Source: an uncultured Actinomycetes bacterium
GTDB lineage: Bacteria > Actinomycetota > UBA4738 > JBBDHU01
Assembly (NCBI GenBank): GCA_964640385.1
Contig: CAZXFL010000001.1
Coordinates: forward strand, 15,179-79,178
DNA: 64,000 bases
Direction: 5' to 3'
Shown: piece by piece, positions 56,196-64,000 of the stretch
How positions within the stretch are numbered: the stretch's first letter is position 1
Layout: each line of letters begins with the position of its first letter
Notes under the pieces: model-generated
Told to the model about the DNA's origin: nothing
Databases searched by the model: none
What the model saw: the letters and a program-made list of their open reading frames with translations, nothing else
Position numbers and translations under genes: made by a program

Positions 56196-56399
56196 CTATT
56201 GGGCGACACGGACGTTCGAAGCCTGCGGGCCTTTGTCGCCCGATGTGACCTCGTACTCGACCTTCTGTCCCTCATCCAGGGTCTTGAAGCCCTCGGACTG
56301 GATCGAGGAGAAGTGGACGAACACGTCGGTGCCGTCCTCGCCGGTGATGAAACCGTAGCCCTTCTCGGCGCTGAACCACTTCACGGTACCTGTCGCCAC
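56196..56399 (-). CDS. cspA: cold-shock protein (CspA family)
   Basis: 67 aa with RNP1/RNP2 motifs ([20 protein letters not shown]). Confidence 0.9.
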   Translation of the reverse strand: MATGTVKWFSAEKGYGFITGEDGTDVFVHFSSIQSEGFKTLDEGQKVEYEVTSGDKGPQASNVRVAQ

Positions 56400-56499
56400 C
56401 CGCTGTTCCTTTCCGAACGACGTACGCGCCGGACTGTAACACGAGGGGCCATCCGGGGGACAACGGGCGTCGGACGGGCTCTTCAGGTGGGTGATCAGG

Positions 56500-56589
56500 T
56501 GGTGTCGGAGGAGGGATTTGAACCCTCACGCCCCGTAAGGGGCACTAGGCCCTCAACCTAGCGCGTCTACCAAGTTCCGCCACTCCGAC
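56500..56589 (-). tRNA. tRNA-Leu (anticodon GAG), class II with long variable arm, CCA encoded
   Basis: Reverse complement folds as acceptor GTCGGAG/CTCCGAC, anticodon stem CTAGG/CCTAG with loop TTGAGGG (anticodon GAG), long variable arm (GTGCCCCTTACGGGGCG), T-arm GAGGG-TTCAAAT-CCCTC and a 3' ACCA. Confidence 0.8.
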
Positions 56590-56637
56590 GAGTGCGCCCG
56601 AGATCCTACCCGGGCCGTCCGGCCCGCTCGGCCGGCC

Positions 56638-56862
56638 CTAGCTCCACTTCCAGGAGAGCCAGAAGGTCGTCATCCCGAACACAACGGCCGTGATCACCGT
56701 GATGCGGTCCAGCCGGCGTTCCATGCCGGTCCCGCCCGAGAGCCCAGCTCCGCCGCCGAACATGTCCGACAGTCCCCCACCCTTCCCGGAGTGCAGCAGC
56801 ACCAGGAAGATCAGCGCGAGCGCGGCGATGACGTCGGTGATCAGGACGATGACGTTGAGCAT
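56638..56862 (-). CDS. secG: preprotein translocase subunit SecG
   Basis: 74 aa: MLNVIVLITDVIAALALIFLVLLHSGKGGGLSDMFGGG..., typical SecG. GAGGAG RBS upstream of ATG 56862. Confidence 0.8.
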   Translation of the reverse strand: MLNVIVLITDVIAALALIFLVLLHSGKGGGLSDMFGGGAGLSGGTGMERRLDRITVITAVVFGMTTFWLSWKWS

Positions 56863-56906
56863 CGGTTCTCCTCGTGTGGGTGTCCCCGATGATAGCGCGA
56901 GCGGGC

Positions 56907-57925
<1,019 letters not shown>

Positions 57926-57929
<4 letters not shown>

Positions 57930-58942
57930 GTTCGGTGGTCCCTCAGTTCGGTGAACAACCGTTCCTTCTCCTCGGGGGCGAGGAAACACGCTGAGGCATG
58001 GGTTCCGGCGTCGGCCACGAGCTCTGGCCGTTCCGACCGACACCGGTCCATGACGTGTGGGCAGCGGGGATGGAAGGCGCAACCACTCGGAACCCCGATC
58101 AAGGATGGCGGCAGCCCGGCGATCGGGGTGAGGCGATCCCCGGCCGGATCCTCGAGACGCGGGATGGAACCGAGCAGGCCCCAGGTGTAGGGGTGGCGAG
58201 CGCGGTAGTAGAGATCATCAGCCCGGCCTCGTTCGACAATCCGGCCTGCGTACATGACCGCGATCTCGTCGCAGTGCTCGGCGACCACCCCGAGGTCGTG
58301 CGTGATGAGCACCACGGCCGTGTTCATCTCCTCACGGAGGCGCTGGATCAGATCGAGGATCTGCGCTTGCACCGTCACATCCAGCGCCGTGGTCGGCTCG
58401 TCCGCGATCAGCAGGACCGGGTCCAGCGCGAGGGCCATCGCGATCATCGCGCGCTGACGCATCCCCCCGGAAAACTCATGTGGATACTGCCGGGCCCGTT
58501 CCGCCGGCTTCGCGATGGCCACCTTGGCTAGCATGTCCACCGCACGTTCCGATGCCTCCCGCTTGGAGATCGGCTCGTGGGCCCGGATCGCTTCGGCGAT
58601 CTGGTCCCCGACCCGGTAGAAGGGGTGGAGGGAGGTCATCGGATCCTGGAAGATCATGCTGATCTGTCGACCTCGAACCTCCTGCATCTCCGACGACGAG
58701 AGGGTGAGAAGATCCCGGCCTCCGAAGTGCGCCGCACCCTCGCGCACCGACGACGCCGGATCCAGCAGACCCATCACGGCGAGCCAGGAGACACTCTTAC
58801 CCGAACCTGACTCCCCCACAACGCCGACCATCGACCCGGCCTCAACCGACAGGCTGATCCCATCGACCGCCTTCACCGTGCCATCCTCGGTGGGGAACCG
58901 GACGCGGAGGTCGTCGATCTCGAGGATGGGCTTGGATGTCAT
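57926..58942 (-). CDS. oppD: oligopeptide/dipeptide ABC transporter ATP-binding protein (OppD/DppD-like)
   Basis: Walker A (GESGSGKS), signature (FSGGMRQR), Walker B ([11 protein letters not shown]) and a C-terminal extension. Confidence 0.8.
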
Positions 58943-58944
58943 CG

Positions 58945-59916
58945 CTACTCGTACCTCACCCGGGGATCCAGGAACGCGTACGACACGTCGACAACCAGAT
59001 TCGCGACGACGATGAAGAAGGCGGCGATCACGGTGACGGCCATCGTGGCCGGGAAGTCGTTGTTGTTAAGGGCATCCACTGCGTACTTCCCGAGACCGTG
59101 GAGGTTGAAGGCGACCTCGGTGATGATCACGCCTCCGAGGAGCGCCCCGACATCGAGTCCCAGCATCGTCACGATGGGAGTCAGTGACGAGCGCAGCCCG
59201 TGTTTGTAGATCACCCGGCGTTCGGAGAGACCTTTGGCTCGAGCCGTCCGGATGTAGTCCTCACCCAAGGTCTCGAGCATGTTGCTCCGGACCATCCTGG
59301 TGTAGAAGGCAGCCGACGTGATCGCGATCGTGAGCCACGGCAACCAGAACCGCCCCTGCACGATCGCCTCGGGGATCGACTCGTTCACGGGGATCCCGCT
59401 GCTCGGCGCCCAACCGAGCTTGAACGCGAATACGAAGAGCAAGAGTTGCGCGATCCAGAACGTCGGCGCTGAGACCCCGACGATGGCGCCGACCATCGCC
59501 GTCCGGTCCGCGAGCGTGCCTCGCTTGACCGCCGAGATGACTCCGGTGGGGATCCCGATCGCCAGCCAGAGGATGGCACCGCCGATGGCCAGCGTGGCCG
59601 TGATCGGGAACCGCTCGGCGATCTCCTCCCGAACCGCGACTCCACTGCCATACGAGTAGTACACGTCCTCGTTGAGGAACCACCCGGGAACCGGCACCAG
59701 TCCCTTTGCGAAACGGCCGTACTGCACGTACCACGGCTGATCCAGGCCGAGACCCGCCCGCGCCTCCGCGATCGCCTCCGGCGTCGGTGATTTGCCCGCG
59801 GCTCTCCTGGCCGGATCCCCTGGAGGGATCACGACGAAGATGAGGAAGGTCACCACCGACACGATCCACAGAACCAGGACCATGAAGAGGGCACGCCGGA
59901 TCAGGTACCGGCCCAT
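58945..59916 (-). CDS. peptide ABC transporter permease (DppB/OppB-like)
   Basis: Starts MGRYLIRRALF like DppB. BPD_transp_1 region with EAA loop (IRTARAKGLSERRVIYKHGLR). Confidence 0.75.
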   Translation of the reverse strand: MGRYLIRRALFMVLVLWIVSVVTFLIFVVIPPGDPARRAAGKSPTPEAIAEARAGLGLDQPWYVQYGRFAKGLVPVPGWFLNEDVYYSYGSGVAVREEIAERFPITATLAIGGAILWLAIGIPTGVISAVKRGTLADRTAMVGAIVGVSAPTFWIAQLLLFVFAFKLGWAPSSGIPVNESIPEAIVQGRFWLPWLTIAITSAAFYTRMVRSNMLETLGEDYIRTARAKGLSERRVIYKHGLRSSLTPIVTMLGLDVGALLGGVIITEVAFNLHGLGKYAVDALNNNDFPATMAVTVIAAFFIVVANLVVDVSYAFLDPRVRYE

Positions 59917-59976
59917 GTCGCTCCCGCAAGTCCTGCCGCCGCTGGATCACCCAGATCGGTCATGTGCGTCGCCGGG

Positions 59977-61836
59977 TCACGCTCCCCCTACGGCAACGTG
60001 GTCGAGCGACATCATGTCCGCCCAGGTATCCACGTGGTAGTTCTGCAGCCGCTCGGAAACGATGTCGATCCAGTTCGAGAACCCGAACGGGACCCACGGA
60101 ACGACCTCCTCCATCAGATAGCGGTCGAACGCCGCGTAGCACGTCACGCGTGGTGTTCCCTCCAGCACCTCGCACTCCCTCATGCGCTCCTCAGCGCTGG
60201 GCACCTCCGTCGTGGCGTATCCCCACTTCTTCAACTGCGCCGGGCTCGCACCGACGAGTCCGGCATTCGTTCCCTCGAGGAACTCGACTCCGAAGAGCGG
60301 CGGAGCGAACGTATATGCATCCGGGTAGTCGCGCGCCCACGCGAAGGTGGGGCAGAACGCGACGTGATTGTTCGGATCCTCACACTGGTCGTACATCGCG
60401 TAGTACCCGACGTACTTCACATCCAGGGTGATCCCGAGGTTCTTGAGTCCGTCCTCGATCACTGCGACTTGCTTCGGCCGCGGGGTCGCCTGGTAGGCCA
60501 CGGTCAATACGCCTTCACACACGGGGTCGTCGCAGACGCCGTCACCGTTGGAGTCGTACATGGACTCCTTCATGGCCTCCTTGGCGGCCTCGACATCGCC
60601 TCGATCGCCGGGAGTCCCGTAGGGGGCGTAGTCCGCATTGATGCCACCGGTCAGGCCATCGGGGATGATGTGGTTGGCGATATCGCCGAGGATGGCTCCC
60701 CCTCCGACCCGCCGCCGAGCTTCCTTGTCCACCACCAGATTGACGGCCTTGCGTACGGCGATGTCGTCGAACGGAGGCTCTGCCACGTTGAATGCCCCGT
60801 AGCTCGTCGTGTCCGTCGGTGTCACGTGCATCCTCGGCTGGAGCGCGGGATCGTTCTGGTAGCGCTGGATCTGGTCGGGCGATTGGTCGGCGTTGAACCC
60901 GGCGTCGATCTCACCCGCATCCACCTTGTTGGAGATGTCCTCCACCGTGGCGCCGATGTCCATCTGGATCTCATCCACGTAGGCGGGCCGAAGCGGATCG
61001 GTGGCCGGATCCCACGAGGGGTTGCGCACCAGATGGATCGAGCGGTCCGGATCGTATCCGGGCGCCGGGGTCTGGTCCTCGGGCGCGTCGGCGAAAGTCA
61101 TCTGCTCGCTTCCCTCGAACATGTACGGCCCCGTCGCCACCTGGAACCGTCCGAAGTCCTTGGTGTGACCCTCGGCGATGCCGAGTGGTGCATCCGGGTT
61201 ATCCGGATTGGGCGGGATCGGCGAAGCAGCCGCCATCGCCATCCGGTACCCGAAGTCCCCGAGAGGGTCGGTGAGCCTCACGACCAAGGTGTGGTCGTCG
61301 GGAGCCGTCATGCCGCTGATGGTGTCGGCCTTCCCGTCGGAGAACTCCTCGAACCCTTCGATGATGTGGTAGTAGGGCCGGTAGCCCCCTCGCGATGCCT
61401 CCGGGTCGGCCTCGCGCATCATCGCGCGGATGAAGTCGGGGGCGGTCATTTCGACGTCTTGCAAGGGCGGGCCGTACATGATCCCCGGACGCAGGCGGAA
61501 CGTCCACGTGAGTCCATCCTCCGAGATCTCCGGCAGCTCGGCCGCGAGATCGGGGTGAAGCTCTGCGCCGCCCTGGTCAGCCTCCATCCCGTTGTTCGAG
61601 AGCAAGGTTCGCGTGATGACCCGCTGGAACTCCCAGTTCACCGAGCAGTACGCCTTCTGGGGATCGAACGAGTTACACACATCACTCTCTGAAGCGAGCA
61701 GAAGGGTGCCGCCGCGTTCGGGTTCGCCGCCGGCCCCCTGACCTGTCGTTGCGTCCTGACCGGACTTCGCTCCGGGACAGGCCGTCGCGACTAGCGCCGC
61801 GAGCGTGACCATCAGGATGATCTTTCTCGTCCTCAT
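59977..61836 (-). CDS. peptide/nickel ABC transporter substrate-binding lipoprotein (SBP family 5)
   Basis: 619 aa with a lipoprotein signal (LMVTLAALVATACPG) and SBP_bac_5 architecture. Confidence 0.8.
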   Translation of the reverse strand: MRTRKIILMVTLAALVATACPGAKSGQDATTGQGAGGEPERGGTLLLASESDVCNSFDPQKAYCSVNWEFQRVITRTLLSNNGMEADQGGAELHPDLAAELPEISEDGLTWTFRLRPGIMYGPPLQDVEMTAPDFIRAMMREADPEASRGGYRPYYHIIEGFEEFSDGKADTISGMTAPDDHTLVVRLTDPLGDFGYRMAMAAASPIPPNPDNPDAPLGIAEGHTKDFGRFQVATGPYMFEGSEQMTFADAPEDQTPAPGYDPDRSIHLVRNPSWDPATDPLRPAYVDEIQMDIGATVEDISNKVDAGEIDAGFNADQSPDQIQRYQNDPALQPRMHVTPTDTTSYGAFNVAEPPFDDIAVRKAVNLVVDKEARRRVGGGAILGDIANHIIPDGLTGGINADYAPYGTPGDRGDVEAAKEAMKESMYDSNGDGVCDDPVCEGVLTVAYQATPRPKQVAVIEDGLKNLGITLDVKYVGYYAMYDQCEDPNNHVAFCPTFAWARDYPDAYTFAPPLFGVEFLEGTNAGLVGASPAQLKKWGYATTEVPSAEERMRECEVLEGTPRVTCYAAFDRYLMEEVVPWVPFGFSNWIDIVSERLQNYHVDTWADMMSLDHVAVGGA

Positions 61837-61884
61837 CGTTCCTCCTTCATCTCACAGCACGTTGCGGTTCTCGGTTCGTGTACC

Positions 61885-62895
61885 TCACTCCTCCAGGGTT
61901 GCCCCCGTTCGAGGATCGAGCGCGTCCCGAAGGCCGTCGCCCACCAGGTTGAACGCGAGTGTCGTTGCGAACAGGAACAGCCCCGGGAAGAGCATGTACC
62001 ACCAGGCGTACCGGAACGAGCCGCTCGCCTCCTGCAGCATGGCGCCCCACGACGGGATGGACTCAGGGATGCCGATCCCGAGGTACGACAGCGCCGCCTC
62101 GAACAGGATGTTGGTCGGGATCATCAGGGTCGCGTACACGATCAGTGGCGCGACGAGGTTCGGGAACACCTCTCGCCTCATGATCGTTCGATCGGACGCG
62201 CCGAGCGCCCGCGAGGCCTGGATGAACTCCTTCTCCCGGAGGGACAACACCTGCCCCCGCACGATCCGCGCGACGTACGGCCAGCTGAAGAGTCCGATCA
62301 CCAGGGCGACCAAGAGCAGGCCGGGCTTGATCAGTCCCCAGAGACATCCTTCCTTCGTCGTGCCGCATGCCGCGACCAGGCCCAGGGCCAGCAGGATCAC
62401 CGGGAGCGCCAGGAACACATCGGAGATGCGGGAGATGACGGTGTCGGCCTTGCCCCGATAGAAACCGGCCATCACGCCGAGCGACACGCCGATGACCAGT
62501 TCGATCCCCGTTGCCAGGAGCGCAACCGTCAGGGACGTCCGGGCCCCATACATGATGCGTACGAACAGATCCCGACCCGTGAGGTCGGCGCCGAACCAGA
62601 AGGTGGCCGAGGGCGCTGCCTTCTCCGGCGAGAATCCGAGCTCGCTGGTCGTCGTCTCGTAGACGAAGAGCTCGTTCGGTCCGTGCCCAGTCATCGCTGC
62701 GAACAGGGGAGCCGCCAACGCCAGCGCCATCATGACGACGACGAACATGCCGCCGACGATCGCCCAACGATCCCGTCGGAACCGTCGCCAGAAGAGTTGC
62801 CACGGACTGCAGCCGATGATGGCATCTGAGGGAGGACCGGCGGGCGCTCCGTGCGGCCCGTCCGTCAGGAGGGCCGGCTCGCTGACCTGTGCCAA
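61885..62895 (-). CDS. peptide ABC transporter permease (DppC/OppC-like)
   Basis: OppC-type N-terminal extension and BPD_transp_1 core with EAA loop (IQASRALGASDRTIMRREVFPN). Confidence 0.75.
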   Translation of the reverse strand: MAQVSEPALLTDGPHGAPAGPPSDAIIGCSPWQLFWRRFRRDRWAIVGGMFVVVMMALALAAPLFAAMTGHGPNELFVYETTTSELGFSPEKAAPSATFWFGADLTGRDLFVRIMYGARTSLTVALLATGIELVIGVSLGVMAGFYRGKADTVISRISDVFLALPVILLALGLVAACGTTKEGCLWGLIKPGLLLVALVIGLFSWPYVARIVRGQVLSLREKEFIQASRALGASDRTIMRREVFPNLVAPLIVYATLMIPTNILFEAALSYLGIGIPESIPSWGAMLQEASGSFRYAWWYMLFPGLFLFATTLAFNLVGDGLRDALDPRTGATLEE

Positions 62896-62964
62896 AGGTG
62901 TGACCCTCCGTTCTCGCCCCCAGCATGGAGTTCCCCGCCCCCACCGAGGGGTTCTAGTGCATGG

Positions 62965-64000
62965 CTAGTGCATAAACTGAACGAGTCGGGGCAGGATGTC
63001 CACCCCTCGAAGGTCCCCCAGTGAGCCTTGCGCCGCTTCGCGTTCGCCGAACGACCTGGACCCGTCGGGCTGGACACCTGCGCCCGAAACCAGCAGCGGC
63101 ACGGGGTCGGCCGTGTGAGCTGCCCGGACGCAGGAGGTCGAGTGGTCCGCCGTCACCGCGATGATCGTGTCCTTCTGGTCGATGCGGGCAAGTACCTCCC
63201 CGAAGAACGCGCGGTCGATGTCGGCGATGACCTTCTTCTTCAGTTCGGCGTTCCCGTCGTGTGCGGGAACGTCAGGTCCCTTGAGGTGGATATAGAGGGC
63301 CTGGAAATCCGGCAACGCGTCCGCGGCGAGCTGGGCCCACTCCGCGTACTGGTCGTCGGAGATCAGGCGTGGCGCCGGTACCGCCTCCATCCCGAGCAGG
63401 AGCGCGATCCCCCGCTCGACGGGCATCTCGACGAAGCAGCCCCACTTCAGACCGAACCGCTCCTCGATCGGCTGCAGGTGCGGGATGCGGTCGCCGCCGT
63501 CGCGGGTGAGGATCAGGTTCCCAGGGACCTTGCCTTCGATGCGCCGGATCTCGTTGATCGTCGACTTCTCCATGATCCAGTGGGACTCTTCGACGAAGGC
63601 GTTCGTCAGGAGCGCCGCGCGCTTGGCTTCGTCGGTGTCCTCGAGCGGTTCGCAGTGCACGACTTCGTTCTCGAAGGTCTCGAGCGCCACCCCCATCGAC
63701 CCTTCCTTGGCATAGGCGGGATCGGTGTTGGTGACCGCGGCGGACAGCGGACCTTCCTGGGAACGGATCACGAGGACACCCCGATGCTCGACCGTGGCTC
63801 GGAGCTCGAACGTCGCCCCGGACAGCGACAGCTTCTCGTTGACTTCGTCGGCCAATTCGGCCGATTCCTGGGACGCCAGATCGCGGCCGACGCGGCGGTC
63901 GATGATGGTCGGCCATTCCGCGGTTGCGAAGTTGATCCGGTACGCGAGGTTCCCGTCTTCGAAATCCATCTCGCACCCGATCGCTTCGACGACCCCGCGG
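62965..64000 (-). CDS. apgM: cofactor-independent phosphoglycerate mutase, archaeal-type (ApgM-like metalloenzyme superfamily); 5' end beyond window
   Basis: C-terminal metalloenzyme-domain signatures (VTADHSTS, GKVPGNLILTRDGG). The frame continues past the window end; the listed Met at 63969 is probably internal. Confidence 0.6.
   Translation of the reverse strand, partial: RGVVEAIGCEMDFEDGNLAYRINFATAEWPTIIDRRVGRDLASQESAELADEVNEKLSLSGATFELRATVEHRGVLVIRSQEGPLSAAVTNTDPAYAKEGSMGVALETFENEVVHCEPLEDTDEAKRAALLTNAFVEESHWIMEKSTINEIRRIEGKVPGNLILTRDGGDRIPHLQPIEERFGLKWGCFVEMPVERGIALLLGMEAVPAPRLISDDQYAEWAQLAADALPDFQALYIHLKGPDVPAHDGNAELKKKVIADIDRAFFGEVLARIDQKDTIIAVTADHSTSCVRAAHTADPVPLLVSGAGVQPDGSRSFGEREAAQGSLGDLRGVDILPRLVQFMH

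Noticed and set aside
56400-56499. cspA upstream region considered as a separate ncRNA
   Set aside because: Long structured 5' UTRs are normal for cspA genes. Nothing here beyond that expectation.

Overview
This is a high-GC (about 68-70%) actinobacterial chromosomal segment. It is densely packed with housekeeping genes on both strands, and the synteny closely resembles Mycobacterium.

Gene order through the window:
- trpS (3' part), scpA, scpB, rluB, an AroH-type chorismate mutase, tyrA, aroA, cmk, der, tRNA-Pro.
- A GAF-PAS histidine kinase, then a pgsA-like phosphatidyltransferase.
- An FHA/zinc-ribbon protein with a MerR regulator, resembling the Mycobacterium garA/Rv1828 pair. After it come a D-Ala-D-Ala carboxypeptidase, hpt, a DUF151 protein, a second MerR regulator and a small coupled ORF.
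- A SAM-dependent methyltransferase, the Lnt-Ppm1 fusion (as in Rv2051c), a DUF4193 protein and an amidohydrolase.
- A short retron-type reverse transcriptase, a divergent Lrp regulator, cysS.
- A DAGK-family lipid kinase, helY, a second DAGK-family kinase, tatC, tatA.
- The complete Pup-proteasome locus (pafC, pafB, pafA, prcA, prcB, pup, dop, mpa), then trmI and htrA.
- A histidine phosphatase, a Na/Pi-cotransporter-like protein and a polar-amino-acid ABC transporter.
- An operon-like C1 module on the minus strand: amidohydrolase, three tandem GcvT-family THF-dependent methyltransferase/demethylase paralogs, metV, metF.
- cspA, tRNA-Leu, secG, an Opp/Dpp-type peptide ABC transporter, and a 5'-truncated archaeal-type iPGM (apgM-like).

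The most unusual items:
1. A truncated retron-type RT. It has the NAxxH, FPSI, YxDD and LTG motifs but lacks the C-terminal X/thumb region. Its roughly 210-bp upstream region is rich in dyad repeats. It shares a reading frame with the downstream amidohydrolase, separated only by a single TAG stop.
2. The tandem triplication of GcvT-like demethylases coupled to MetVF, with a perfect 12-bp-arm palindrome (possible operator) between paralogs 2 and 3.
3. Extra genes inserted within the pupylation locus.
4. A low-GC CAP-domain gene remnant in a dyad-rich convergent intergenic region.

No CRISPR arrays, rRNA genes or transposases were seen. Many long antisense ORFs in the six-frame track are high-GC artefacts.
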